From contig NW_003314322.1 in the NCBI RefSeq assembly GCF_000143415.4, positions 497,430-561,429 on the forward strand: a stretch of DNA of 64,000 bases. The letters are read 5' to 3'. Position 1 is the first letter of the stretch; each line of letters starts with the position of its first letter. Below, in pieces: positions 1 to 12,928 of the stretch. Made by a program: the position numbers and the translations under genes. Source of the stretch: Selaginella moellendorffii. Lineage: Eukaryota > Plantae > Lycopodiophyta. Below the pieces are notes generated by a model that was given only the letters and a program-made list of their open reading frames with translations, did not search any database and had not been told where the DNA came from.

Positions 1-588
1 GACCACATGCTAGGGGCAGGATTCAGGTGAGCAATCAAGGAGATGTAGCAAGGCCAAGACCAAGATGAAGCTTATTTGATTGATGAGTTTTTTGTATGCT
101 GTGCAAGATTCAGGCTGGCATGTAGTTATGCCCAGTAATGATTCATGTGACTACCAGGTTGCAGACAAAGCCATCATTTCCTCCTTCGGTAACCAGGTTC
201 CTTACGCTTGTTTGATAAGCTCAGTAGCAAAAGCAGGGGGACGGATCGCACTCTCCTTTCAGCAGCGAAGGAGTCGCATTTCTACCCATGCAAAGCGAAA
301 GCTCAAGTCAAGCAGTGAGAAGAAGCAATCCACATACCGAGCAAAGCACTTTCTTGATGTAGTTCGCGCAAGTTGCATCGGAGATATTGGCCGAATCATC
401 CGACACAGAGCAGCAGAGTACTGGTAGCATTTCTAAAGAACCGACATCCTGCAATGGAGCCTCTGAGACAAGAGAAACCCCACGAGGCAAGAAAATTTCA
501 AACTTGGTACCTTGAAGCTGAAGCAGAGCAAAGCCGCCATCCTCCTCAATCGTCCTTTTGGACGCTACATGGGACCCTACAGCCATAA
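1..588 (+). CDS. Probable 3' end of an unidentified spliced gene (runs off left edge)
   Basis: Donor-like CAG|GTGAG at ~26, acceptor-like TAG at ~362 followed by an open frame ending ...FWTLHGTLQP* at 588; no recognisable motif. Confidence 0.3.
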
Positions 589-802
589 CTTTGTCCTGCT
601 ACTCACTTGACTCTTGCTAGTAGCTATGCGAATGCGTTGCTCGCAGTCGTGTTCCCCGTGTTGACTCGCAGCCGCTAGGTGCCTACCAAAGAAACGCCGT
701 CGTGATACCGGAAACTTCTAAAGAATGCGCTGTCTTGGTATTTATCTAGGTGTAAACTGTACAGAACATTATCTCGCCGATAATGTACCGGTTTTATGTA
801 CC

Positions 803-2179
803 TCATGACGCTCCAACCGTGAACTCCATCGTATAGTCGTACTCGATTGTTGGAATGACCGACGCCATGAACTTGAGGAACAGAAAAAGGTACCTGCGCA
901 AGAATGTCCACTGTCAACAAGCCAAGCAGGGAAATCATACTTATCAACTTCGGGTTCCACTCCTCGTGACAACAAAATGGCGATGATCTTTTTCATAACC
1001 GGGGCATGGCGGCAAGGATGAACTGATGCATGCTTCCCAGCCATGTGTGGATGGTCCTCAATTGTAACCTGTATGCCAATATCAGTTCCAATAAAAATCC
1101 CATCGTTCTCCAACTTACAGTCTGTCGAGCATGATCTTGACTGACATCTTCAAAGACGAGCTCGGGATCCAAAAGCATTCGAGACTGTGAGTTCAAAGTT
1201 ATGTCAGCATGTCAGCAAACTGTATGTAACACAGACGAAAATGCTTAATTACCTCGTCATATCCAGTTAGCCATACTCTTGGAACTTGGAAGTACTGGTC
1301 ATACCTGTAGTGAGTACCTTAAAAGGACTGAACTTGAAACTCTAGAACGTTAGCTTACGTGATGCTTATATCGTAGGTCCGAGTACGCAGGATATTGTTA
1401 TCATCCGGCTCATGAGCTATTAGATAGGGTGCATGTACTGCAGTCTGCGTAATGAACTGAATTTGACAAAAAAAAAGAGAGAGAAGGAATTTTCCAAAGT
1501 GAATACCTCGTCCCGCGTCACAAGGTTATCGGAGCTATCAAAATCGGACATATCCGGAACATCATCCTCGTGATTTACGTATGTATCGTCAGAGATCAGG
1601 ATCTGAGGTCTGTCTTCTGTGTCCGCCATGTCCATGGATGGAACTGTGTCATCGTCGTCCTTAAGAGGTCCTGGAACTTGGCAATCAAAACTTGAGCTAG
1701 AAACGAAACAGCATACCCCCAGGAGCTCCGTGAGTCGCTAGCCAGCCTTCCCCGTCTTCTCCATCGAGCAAAACTTCCCCACCAGCAGCTGCGTATTCCT
1801 CTTCAAACGCGGCCGCTCGTCGCAGGCATGGAACTAAAAAGGAAAAAAAGAATGAAAACTCTATCCAAAAGCTTCTCAAAGGCATTACCATTCCTAGTGA
1901 TCAAAAACTGCTTGTCCTTCGGCAAATGTCCCTTCTGTTTGGAAGGGTCGCCACTCTCCCTGCGAGAAAGAGGAGGAAGAAAATAGGTAAACAAGGGACT
2001 TTAGGTAGCGTATCATACCAGGACCAGGTAGGGCACTTGGCGACGAGATTGTCACCGGCCTGGACGAATTCCGCGGGAGTCAGCACGCCTTTCTCGACGA
2101 ATGCCGAGACCGTGCGAGGACTGGTTATTCGCTCCACGAAACTTTTCATGCCCTCGTGCAATCGCTGCTTGAACGCCAT
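803..2179 (-). CDS. ATG3: Autophagy-related protein 3 (E2-like enzyme), multi-exon
   Basis: N-term MAFKQRLHE...GVLTPAEFVQAGDNLVAKCPTWSW, FLITRNVPC, catalytic SVHPCRHA, C-term YLFLFLKFMASVIPTIEYDYTM..GAS*. Confidence 0.95.
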
Positions 2180-2239
2180 CGTCGCCTTCGCAGCGAAGAA
2201 CCAGGAACCCTAAACTCGACTTTAAGTCTCTCGTTTCCT

Positions 2240-3340
2240 TTATGATCCAAACTTTTCAAAAGGGACACAGTATCTCTTCCAAGTTCTAAAATCGCCATCG
2301 CTCAGCGCCAGTCCAATCCCCTGCTGCTGCTGCTCCTCGCCCTCCTTCTTCCCCACCCCCAGATAATACATTCTCAAGCTCCCATCTTCCATCTTCACCA
2401 CATAGGGAGTAGCAACGATCCAATTGTCCCACACCTCCTCCCCTCGCCGAGCTCTCAAGATCGGACCCCCGGGCTCGTCTCCGCACTGCTCGTCTCTCCT
2501 CCACACTAAACCATCCTCCGACGTCGCCAGCCCGATCGCAAACTCGTACTGATAGTTGGATCCCTCGTAGAACATGACGAACTCGTCTCCGATCCTCAAG
2601 ACATGCCGCACGGACACGCCACCTTCGTCCCACGAACCGGGCTTGCCACACTCCAGCACCTTTCCCTGCTTGTGCCACAACAGGCCATCGTCCGAGGTCG
2701 CAACTCCAGCCGAGAAGAAGCCCATGTTGTTGTGGCCTCCGTTCTCTCGCGTGTGGTAGCTCATGAGCCACTTATCTCCTGCTGTCCGGGGAGGAAGAAC
2801 TCTCGGCCACGATGCCCCGTTTTGATCCCACTCTCCCTCTTTCCCGACGCATAGCACCGGCTTCTCAATCCTCTCGAAGTTCAGTCCATCGTCCGACGTT
2901 GCGACCCCACTCTGGAGCTTCACACCCCTCCGCACGCTCCCAAACAGTGCCACTTCCTCCATGCCTGCTCCAAAGTAGAACATCCACCACCTGTCGTTGT
3001 GACGGATCACGTCCCCGACGCCGATATGCACCGCGTCGAACGCCGACGGATCATCTGACGGATCCATCACGGCTCCTTCGTACAGCGGGCCTTTGGCTCG
3101 CTCGAACCTGTAACCATCTTCGCTTGTAGCCATCCCGATGCGGCCCGTTGGCAGGAAAACGTTGAAAGGCTTGACACCAAAGTTCCACTCGTCCCTTGCC
3201 CGTCCATAGTAGTACATCCTGTAGCAGCTGTTCTTCTCACACTTCGCGACCACTGCTCCGGAGAATGCCTTCCTGTCCCACCAATTTGAGTCCGGCGCGG
3301 CTGGTAAAAGCACAGCTCCAGAGCTCCAGGAGTCCGCCAT
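2240..3340 (-). CDS. Five-bladed beta-propeller glycoside hydrolase-like protein (arabinanase/levansucrase/invertase superfamily), intronless
   Basis: 366 aa ORF with repeated blade motifs MYYxG...IGxATSxDGxxW/F and WD...xxP. Confidence 0.8.
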   Translation of the reverse strand: MADSWSSGAVLLPAAPDSNWWDRKAFSGAVVAKCEKNSCYRMYYYGRARDEWNFGVKPFNVFLPTGRIGMATSEDGYRFERAKGPLYEGAVMDPSDDPSAFDAVHIGVGDVIRHNDRWWMFYFGAGMEEVALFGSVRRGVKLQSGVATSDDGLNFERIEKPVLCVGKEGEWDQNGASWPRVLPPRTAGDKWLMSYHTRENGGHNNMGFFSAGVATSDDGLLWHKQGKVLECGKPGSWDEGGVSVRHVLRIGDEFVMFYEGSNYQYEFAIGLATSEDGLVWRRDEQCGDEPGGPILRARRGEEVWDNWIVATPYVVKMEDGSLRMYYLGVGKKEGEEQQQQGIGLALSDGDFRTWKRYCVPFEKFGS

Positions 3341-3435
3341 AGATCCTAGCTCCTCTGGATAAGGTAAGGTTGTGGACCTTGATTATAGCTAGAGAGCTGA
3401 CTAATTAGCTAATGTCACCACCTAAGCAATTCCTG

Positions 3436-5271
3436 TCACTCTGCTTCTTCCACTGTAACTTCAGACGTGCTCTCTCTGATCTCTGAACTGGACGAGCCCT
3501 CCGCATTGTCAGTGCTAGTCCCGTTGCTATGCACATTGTCGTAGCTCGGATAAGAAACTGGACTCGGAGACTTATGTCTGATTGCAGCATCAACTCCCGG
3601 TAGAATTGTCTTTGGAACGGGTGGAGGAACCCATGCCCTGCCTGCGGTCTCAATCTGTGGAGATGCACTAAAAGCACCATCACTGCTAACCGTGTCCTGG
3701 TCCTCCATTTCCACAATTTTCACTGAGTTCTCTGTTATTTTGGCGTCTCCATCCCTCTGTCTCCACCATGGTTGGGCGCTTGCACCGTTTTCTGACGGTA
3801 CATGACTCTCCCACGGCTGCACCAGAAGAAGACCGTAGTAAACAAGAAACAAAAGGAGGTGTGACGCCTTACCTTGGTCTTAGGCTGCAACATGGAGTTA
3901 GATGCCGGCTGAGTGGGATTTGGAGGTTTATCATTCACATCCTGACAGAAAGAAAGATTGTTCGGCTTCGCTCCACAAAAGAAAAATAAAATAAAACATT
4001 TACCCGTATGCCTGGTGGCTTTTCACCCCGCTCGACCATGGCCAAGATCTAAAAATTTTCACGTAAGAAATCAGGAAAATAGAGCTAGAACTATTCAGCT
4101 GTACCTCAGAGTATTTAGCCGATGGAGCAAACCTGTCGGGATCAAAACTGTAGGGAGCAGAGGAAGGCCTTGCAGGCTCAAAAGCCACTCCAGTAGAATC
4201 CTGAAGGTAAAGAAATCTGTGAATGAAAAGAATGTACAGAAACACAAACCTTTGCGTCTCTTGGTACTTGTGCTGCAGATGAAAACGAGAAGATGCATCA
4301 GAAAGAGACACCAAGAAAAAGGACGAGCAGACCTTTATAGACATTGGTTTCGCTGGAAGTGATATTTCCTTTCTTCTGGAGTTGGATCAATGTGTCAAGC
4401 CGCAGCTTGATTTCCCGCGTTTGCGCCTCCATGGACTTGACAACAGTGTCAAAGTACCGACGTTCTGTGAACAAACCGGCTTGAGTACACTCTCAATAAT
4501 CAATCAAGAAGCGCAACCTTCGTGTCTGGAGCTCACGAGTTCCCTCACAAGCGCAGCCATTTCCGTAGTGGCAGCAGTTAACGCGGCAGAAGCCTTGGAT
4601 GCCTCCACGTCCAGTCTTGACTTCTTCTGCTCTGAGCTTTCCTCGTCAAGAACAATACGACGCAGCCAAGCTTTCATTCTTGGAAACAAATAAGTCTGCA
4701 AGAACAAAGAAGGTGTCAAGCGCCAACACGGGGAAAAAAAGAAACCTTTGTCACGACTGCTGCTCCTGCTCCAGCCGCACTAAGCACCCCAATAGCCAAA
4801 ACCACTTGTGTCCATCGAGCACCCTTTCTTGGAACCACAGCCACAGCAGCAGTCTGTGCGGGCAATGCCACAGCAGTAACAGGGCCCGCCGTTGGAGCTG
4901 CTGGAACGGGAGCAGCGGAAGTAGTAGACGGTGGATCCTGGAAAGAAGCTCTCAGTATCAAGAGAGGCATGGAACAAGCACATATATACCGGGACTCGCC
5001 GAAATGCCTCATCGATTTCTTCTCTGGTCAGGCCTTTGCGCTCAAGAAACGATCGCCTGTAGACAACGGGGGAGTTCTTCACCTTGGGATGGGAGAGGAA
5101 ATTGACAGCATTCTGGACTTGATCTTCCCTCACGGACTGCGGCGGGATGAATCGCCAATTGTCGCCCTTGTCGTCGCCCGCTGCCACTGGCGGCGCTGCC
5201 GGAGCTGCTGACGATGGCGGCGCCGCTGCTGGCGCCGTTGCTGCGGCTCCATTCACCTGAGCCTCCGCCAT
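3436..5271 (-). CDS. PEX14: Peroxisomal membrane protein PEX14, multi-exon
   Basis: Pex14_N motif REDQVQNAVNFLSHPKVKNSPVVYRRSFLERKGLTREEIDEAFRRVP, TM segment WTQVVLAIGVLSAAGAGAAV, plant C-terminal KPPNP...KPWE and WVPPPVP motifs. Confidence 0.92.
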
Positions 5272-5369
5272 TGCCACAAACAAGGAAAACTAAGAACCCT
5301 AGATATCGATTCATTCACTGTTTAAATTAATATTTCCTTTCCAGGCCTTTGGTGAAAGTTTGCGAAGTA

Positions 5370-7794
5370 TCAATAGCTTTGCATCTGGCTATTTTTGATC
5401 TCGCTGTTGAGCTGCGAGACCATGAACCGTATGTTCTCCAGCACAAGGCCGTAGTTTAGCTCTCGCTCCTTGGTCTCAACTTCTGCAAGAACAAAGAGGT
5501 GTGAAACTGGTCACAGATCGTCTTCTACTTTTGGAGACAACCTTCCTGGAGCACTTGGTTGCTGCTTTGTAACGCGTGGAACCTCGTCTTCAAGTCCTCC
5601 AGGTTCCTATGCAGATCGCTGTCATCCAAAATCTGGCTGAAAGCCTCGAGCTTCTCGACTTGCTCCCTCACTTGCTCCTGGAGAAATGCCTTCTTCTCCT
5701 CGATCTTCTGCTTCTCGGCTTCTAATTTCTGCTCGCGTCGTACACGCTATCATGTTAAGTCTAGCAACAGAAGAACACTCCACGTCCACTTACCGCGCAT
5801 TTCGCATCACACTGGGATCTGCTCCCATCGAGGCGTTTGAAATCTTCCATCTCGTTTTCGAGCAAACTGATGGCCTGCTTTGTGCATGATATGTCCGTCT
5901 CGGTTCTGGCTTCTAAATCGTCCAGCTGCTTCAATTCCCCGCGATGAAACTCCAGCTCTGCATCACAAAGGAAATAGATGCTCATCACCGACATCTTAGT
6001 TACCTCTTTTGTAGTTCTCAACATCTTCAAACTTCTTCTCGTGATTTGTTTTTGATGCCTTGTAGCTCTCTGCTGCCACTATTCCCTGTAAAATGGGGAG
6101 TTTTTCTTCAAAGAAAATATGGAACAAAACAGACCTGACTAATCAGATGTAGCAGCTCACAGATTTTTTGCTGAGCTTCAAATGTCCGGTTTTCCTGCTC
6201 TTCTCGGAGGCTATCAAAGTTTTCGATATAGTTTTGCATCTTCCGTTCTTTCTGTTGCATTTCTAGGAATTTCTCAATCCTTCCGCCTGGACCATAAACA
6301 AAAATAAATGCGATATAAGATAGTTAAAAAAGAAAAAAAAAGCCACCTTTTAGTTCTGAAATGGACCGTTCTGCTTCGGCAATTTTCCCTTCGTGAAAGT
6401 GTATTTCGCTCTCAAGTACTTGGCTTTTCTCTTCCGCTTTGATGATCTCCAGATTATCCTGCCTAATCTGCTCATTCAAAGCTTGCAACTTGAGGCACGC
6501 ATGAAAGCAAGACGGGTGTCACGTTACCTTGGACAGGAGCGCTTCCTTGGCCTCCTCAGCCGTTAGCTTGATCGACGGGTTTTCCATCCTCAATTTCTCA
6601 AGCTCTCCCTCGACAGTTAAAAGCTGGTCAGTCAGCATGACAAGCTTCTGCTTTGTAGGATTGGACTTGAAAACATTCTGGAAATATATATAGATCTTGA
6701 GCATCAATCAGCAAATAGCAAATCCACAACTCGCCTGTTCCAACTCTTCATTTGACGTGCCGATCTCGCCAATAAGTGATTGCAGTCTCTCCACTTCTGT
6801 CTCCAGTTTCCTGTACTCTTGCTGGAGTTCCACGTACTGCACCTTTGCTTCCGGTGCCTGCAAGGCTAAAACGGAGACAATAAATTCCGAGACATCGCCT
6901 AAAGAACCACACCTCCTCCGCGATCTTGTGCTCGATTTCAACATCCAAACCTTGCGCTTTGTCATGGAGCTCCTTACCTTCCCTCTCTTTCCTGATCGTC
7001 GAATCAGTTTTGCAGAATGATTTGTACACGAAGAGGCTCACAGCGTTCTCTCCAGAAAAAGCTTGTCCACTTTTTTTGTTTCTTTTGCGTTTCTCTCTTT
7101 CAGAGCCTCGAGCTCCTCCCTCAGTTCATCGGGCTCCATTCCTGCATTTACCTGCTTCAACAAGTTACATACCACATGAAGCCTCCGGTTTGCGCTAACC
7201 TTTTCCATGACTACAGTATAGTCGAGCAGCTGCAGCTTCAGTCCCTGCACTTCCTCCGCTAGAGCTTTCTGCCTGCAAGGTCTCGTAAGAATTGGTCCTT
7301 ACAGTTCCAAAGTCCTTACTTCTGCCCGACATGCACACTGGCGAACCTCTCCTTCTCCAGTTGCTCAACCTCCTCCACCATTCGCTCGATCTCTTGCTGC
7401 AGCTCTTGCTTCTTGGAGCGCAATTTCCCTACGTAGTAGGACCGGTCGAGAATTTGTCGGCCAGGGCCTAGAGCCTCAGACAAAGATGTAAATCAATGTT
7501 ACCAAAGATACAAGGGACCAACCTTGAAAAGAGGATCGCATGCTTATCATCCCTTGCTGCGTGATAGGCCGAGACTCTACCTTGACATCGGTGTTGATGC
7601 TCGGAGAGCCTGGTCGGAAACAAGGTGTAAACGATCCAAGAACGTGTAAGCAGACCTGGTGTGGCGGGGCGCCCCTTGACGAGGCTCCTGGCCGAAGACG
7701 GGCGCAAAGGGCTGTTGGAGGAGGAGGGCCGGGCATGGCGGCTGGACGGTACACGAGGGGTGCCCAAAGGCGATGGATCCGTGGACGCATTCAT
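5370..7794 (-). CDS. IFT74: Intraflagellar transport protein 74 (IFT-B core), multi-exon
   Basis: Basic RPSSA N-term, VESRPITQQGM, GPGRQILDRSYYVGKLRSK, long coiled coil, C-term ETKERELNYGLVLENIRFMVSQLNSEI. Confidence 0.85.
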
Positions 7795-8457
7795 CCCTTC
7801 CCTCCGCTTGCCCTAATTCAGCTGACAAGACCGTTGATAACCATGCCTTGTCTTTTAAGCACAAGAAACTTTGGAGGACAAGGTACTACGCTGCAAAGGC
7901 TTTTTTCTTCTTTTCCTTTTGTCTTGACATACACACCATCGCTGGCTAGATTCCAAACAATACCACGCATTACGCTCGTAATTGTCCCGTTGCAATCAGA
8001 CCCACCTCTCATCGATCACAAACTGGCTCGCTCGCTGGCTCTCGCTCGCTTGCTTGCTGTGACGAAACGTAGCGAGAGCTGCTCTAAAGATCCAAGTCGT
8101 TTGCTCAGTTGGTAAACCAACCATGAGCCCTTCAAGTGACTTCAAAGCAAGCTAATTTCTTGAACTTCGAAGCGAGAAAAGCTTTAAAAAAAAAAAGACA
8201 AGCCATTAATTGAAACAGACCTTCATGGTAAAATTGAGCGTTGAAATGCATCCTTCCTGTCTGGGGGATATAAATCCAAAACAGGAGCGGTTGTCAACAT
8301 CGAAGAGCGGGGAAAAGAAAAACTTTAGGCAGAGTTTATACTTCAATTCACCTACCTTAGCCGAGCCACCCCGGCTCCTTCACGAATAGCCGAGAAAACC
8401 CCCATTTATATTTAAATGGTCCTCTCCTCTCCCCTGCTGCGACGAAATCGTTGAGCG

Positions 8458-9687
8458 ATGGACGCAGCTCGGCTTTTGCATCTCTTCCTGGTAATGCTGC
8501 TGGTTTTGCACGAAGCAGCACAGAGTGCCACTGGGGTTCAGCTGCAAAATCAAACGCAAAACCAGCAGCGGCAGCAGCAGCAATTCCTGAGTGTGGACTA
8601 CTACAAGCGCTCCTGTCCAGACGTGGAGAAGATTGTCCACCAAGTCATGGTCCAGAAGTTCAGGGAGGCGCCCGTGGCAGCCGCTGGGACATTGCGCATC
8701 TTCTTTCATGACTGCATGGTCCAGGTAAGAAGAATTCAGCTCACAAGCTCAATGTACATACCTTTCCTTCCCCCCTCCAGGGTTGTGATGCTTCCGTCCT
8801 CGCCGCCTCCACCTCCCGCAACAAAGCCGAGAAGGATTTCGACATCAACCTCTCACTTCCGGGCGATGGTTTCGACGCCGTTATGCGAGCCAAGCAGGCT
8901 GTCGAGAACAGATGCCCGAGGACAGTCTCGTGTGCCGACATTCTCGCAATTGCGTCGAGAGACCTGATTGGAATGGTACGTTGTCGTCCTCCACAGGGGC
9001 AGAAGGAAGCTGAGGCTTGGTTTTGCAGATTGGAGGCCCCTTCTGGCCGGTGAAGAAAGGCCGCAAAGACAGCTACACGTCGTATGCTGCCAGAGTCCCC
9101 GGCAACCTGCCTTCGTCCAAGAACACAGTTTCGGAGCTCATGCATCTCTTCTCGTCCAAAGGATTCACCACCGAAGAAATGGTTGCACTGGCCGGTAAGT
9201 AGCACTCTGAATAGGATTCTTTGCCTGGATCGATCAATTGGGAAGCTTGCTTGCCGAATGTCTCGGGGTGGGTGCAGGAGCACATACCGCCGGCTTTGCG
9301 CATTGCAAAGAGTTCAACGACCGCATCTACAACTGGAAGAATACGTCCCGCATTGATCCCACCATGAATCCGCTGTATGCCGCCAACTTGAGGCTGGCCT
9401 GTCCCCGCAACGTGGATCCAACCATCGTCGCCAACTTGGACGTAACAACATCCAAGAAGTTCGACAACGTCTACTACCAAAACTTGCAAAAGGGACTGGG
9501 TTTGTTGAGCACCGACCAGGCCCTGTTTAACGACCCCCAGACGAAGCCTCTGGTGAACAGGTTTGCGGCGTCGCAGGAGCAATTCTTCGCGGCGTTCGCC
9601 TCCGCGATGCAAAAGCTGGGCAGCATCGGCGTCAAGTCGGCTTCACAAGGCAACATCCGGATAAACTGCGCAGCCTTCAACCAGTAA
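8458..9687 (+). CDS. Class III secretory peroxidase, multi-exon
   Basis: Signal peptide, LRIFFHDCMVQGCDAS (distal His), VSCADILA, GAHTAG (proximal His), FDNVYYQNL, GNIRINC. Confidence 0.95.
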
Positions 9688-10059
9688 CCTTTCCCAACCT
9701 GCAGAAGCCGAGGAAAAAGAAACCGAGTGAGATTGTGTTTGTTTGAATGAGACGAGAGATTGCTACAGAGAAATCACATGTGATTTGCTGCTGGAGCGAG
9801 CGTGCCTGGCCCTCACATGAAGGAGGAAGATTGCCAGATTGATCAATGCAGCCGTTGCCAGCGACCAGAAAGCATCTGTCGTTAGCAAACAAAAAACAAG
9901 AAAGAAAAAGAAAGGAGCGAACTTGAAAGGAAACCAAAAAACAAACGAAAAAGCGAGAGGAGCTTTCCAAGTTCACGTGCAAACAGTTTAGTCACCAAAG
10001 TACGTACACTACATATATCTTACGACGACGAGCTTCAAACCGAGGCATTGAAGCAAAGC

Positions 10060-10491
10060 CTAAACCCTGCCTTCCCAGAGACAGTTTGGCTCGCCACCCA
10101 CGCGCTCCAAAACATCCCTGATGTTTTGGGGCGGGCACAGGCCATGGCGCTGGGCTCTCTCCCACCGTTCTATCCGCGACAACCCCACACAGGGGCCAAA
10201 CTTGGCGTCCAGATCGAATTGCCGCAGCATTTCCTCCACATCGTCCTCATCCTCCGCAACATCTAAGACACACAATAATCTCAATTTCTATTGAGATAGT
10301 GGGTAGCGCGGCGGCTCTCGCCTGTGCTTACCTGTTGAGCTCGCGCTGGGGTACACCAGAGCTCTCGCGACTCGCTTCTCGCTGGCGCCGATAGCCTGAT
10401 CAGCGTCGGACAGGATGATCTTCTTCTTCTTCTTTTGCGGAGACATGCCCTTCTTGCGCGGCTTCAGGACGGACGTCAATTTCGTCGCCAT
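10060..10491 (-). CDS. POLD4: DNA polymerase delta subunit 4 (p12), 2 exons
   Basis: LRQFDLDAKFGPCVGLSRIERWERAQRHGLCPP...CLWEGRV is the p12 signature. Confidence 0.9.
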
Positions 10492-10592
10492 CGCTCTCGC
10501 AGCCCTAGCAGAGGCTACAGAAAGAAAACCCTAGGCAGGAAAAGTGACCGTTGACAACGTCTTTAAAATTCCAAGTACCTAGAGCATCTTTT

Positions 10593-12035
10593 CTACATGA
10601 GAATCATTCCCTGGTCGTGGGGCGAATCTTGCTTGGGCAGGGCCTTGAGAAACTGCGTGAGGACCTTGACAGCGTTGAGCGACGCGAGGTTCTTGAACGC
10701 CGACACCTCGTTTGCTCCTTCCGAGTTCCCGGCTGAATCCGATATGGACCTTATGACGATGAAGGGCACCTCGTTGGAGTAGCAAACCTGGGCAAGGCGA
10801 GAGGCGAGAGAACTTTTGTAAGAACCCGGTGGGAAATCCAGAGTAAGTCAACTCACCAGAGCTACAGCAGCAGATTCCATGTCTACCGAGGAGACTCGGA
10901 AGGTTTGGAACATGAACTGTCGATACGCAGCGTTGTCGACGAAGACGTTGGAGCTGGCTCCCCTGAGACCCACCACGACTTTGGGTCTAATGCTCAGGCA
11001 TGTTGTCGCATTGAAGCACGACGTGAGCTCCATACCCTGCGTTTACGAGGGTGGAAGGATGGTCGCTTACGAAATTCTTCCATGAAATTCACTAGGTACT
11101 TGCCTCGAGAGTTTTCGCGGCTTTGTAGAAACGCTTGTCCACTCTTACCCAAAACGCTCGGCTGCGCACTTCGGGAGTCCCGCTGACTTTCAAGACGTCT
11201 TCGGGTTGAATCCAGACGCTGGTGAGTAGATTCTGGCGGTGGCCATTGTTTGGGTACGCGAAGTCGCTGAAGTGGAGGTGTCCCAGATCCTGCGTGAAAT
11301 CTCCGTTTGGTCCTGATGACAAGAGGTGACCCGATCCGTTACTAAACTTCTGAAAAAAGAAACGATCAAACAGAGACCACGGGAAACACAAGAGGAAAAT
11401 AACAAAAAAAGAGAGACAAGCAGCATGAACGCATGACATGACGTAGACGTTACCTCCCAATTCCACAAGGCTGTGTGAGCCCAGTATTTTGGAATGCTTA
11501 TGTCTCCGATGGTCAGGGAATCATTTGCGCTTCCAGCAATGCCGTAGTGAAGCACTCCGTTGATATCGAAAAAGTCGAGCAGTTGCTGCGTGGTGATCGC
11601 TGCATTGAGCTAAGAAGAAAACACCACCACCGATTATATCGATTGCTTCTGTTTGATGCTTACCATTGCCGAGGCAGACTGCACAAGAACGACTTTGTGA
11701 CCTTGAATTGTTCCAATGTGGAAGCGTCGCCCTGAGTAAAAGGAATGGGACTTTAGTCTTGCCTATAGAGGTTGAGAGCGAGCAAACTCACCGGCGAGGT
11801 CGAGCCAGGGAATGTAGGGGTGCGGGGCGAAGATGGTTTGCTGGCGAATGGCATCCATCTCGAAGCTCGTGGGCACAACCAGACCTAGAAACGGGCCCTC
11901 GCGTTCGTTGATCCGCTGGGCCAGGAGCAGCGCGCTCCTGTTTGACGGCAATGCTTGCGCTGTCCATCCCCATCCCCAACCCGCGAGCGCGAGCAGCAGG
12001 TGGAGGCGCCGCAATTGATGGCCCCCCTTCTCCAT
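10593..12035 (-). CDS. Bark storage protein-like / nucleoside phosphorylase (PNP_UDP_1) family protein, multi-exon
   Basis: Signal peptide, INEREGPFLGLVVP, LHYGIAGSAN, VFVDNAAYRQF, VDMESAAVALV, ISDSAG. Confidence 0.88.
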
Positions 12036-12438
12036 GGCCCCCCTAATCGGAGCTTTGCGTTTGTGAGAGAGTGTGAGGACCTGCGCATCCGACGGTCCAC
12101 ATCCCGACGCGTTGGGGGTATATGCTTCCGGCCCGCGCCAATGGGAGATGTAGGGCGGACCAGTACCGTGGGTACGGCATGTTGCTAGGGCGTACGGGTG
12201 GGAAGCCTCTGCTCTGCCACCTTTTTTACTTCTCTTGCTGCAGCTGGGCTTGGCATTTTCGATCGCCCAGATTTTAATGTTTTCTCCCGCCTTTTGTTTT
12301 CACCTACTTGAAGTTGAGTGGTGGCAGCCGAGACGCGCGTGACTGATCCAGGGATTGGGGTGCGTGCTGGTGCGACTGACCCACTCCCTCCCTCTCCATC
12401 CACCACCTTTTTCTGTGCCCTAAAGCTTTAACTTGAAA

Positions 12439-12463
12439 ATGCATGCATGCATGCATGCGCATG
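12439..12463. repeat. (ATGC)n tandem / RY-repeat (CATGCATG) array in divergent intergenic region
   Basis: atgcatgcatgcatgcatgcgcatg between divergent BSP and kinesin genes. Confidence 0.5.
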
Positions 12464-12928
12464 GTGGTTTGGGTGTTAACGTTGCACCCACGCTCGCGAT
12501 GCTTGCAATCCAACAACTCGTTCCTCCGTCATGGGAGGGAGTGGCACACACCGAGACGAAACAAACGGTAATGGGCGAGCTAGCGGCGATGGCTAAGCTA
12601 ATTTTCCACTGGCACAAACCCTAAACCCCTGCCTTGACGCAACGGCAAACGGGTGGGGCCATTCATTCTCATTCTTCGCTTTGCTCGTCTTTGTTGGGTC
12701 ACTGGCGGCGCCGGTTCCGTTGCCGACCTCTCTACTATTGCTCAAGCTTTTCTATTCTTCTTATTTTTTGCCCCGGCCTCCCTCGATTCATGGTCAGCGG
12801 GAGGAAGCAAGCTCGATCCTCGATTGTCACACAGGTTGGGCCGCTGATCCTAGCGCCAAAGGGGCTTACACAGCTCACCATGTAGGTAGCAGTCGAGTTA
12901 GCTTATTCTTTTCAGAGGAGCTCCGGCC

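Noticed and set aside
2240-3340. Recent bacterial HGT for the intronless beta-propeller hydrolase
   Set aside because: This family has established land-plant members, and lack of introns alone is not evidence.
7818-8012. 64-aa minus-strand ORF upstream of IFT74
   Set aside because: No recognisable motif or supporting signal; could be chance.
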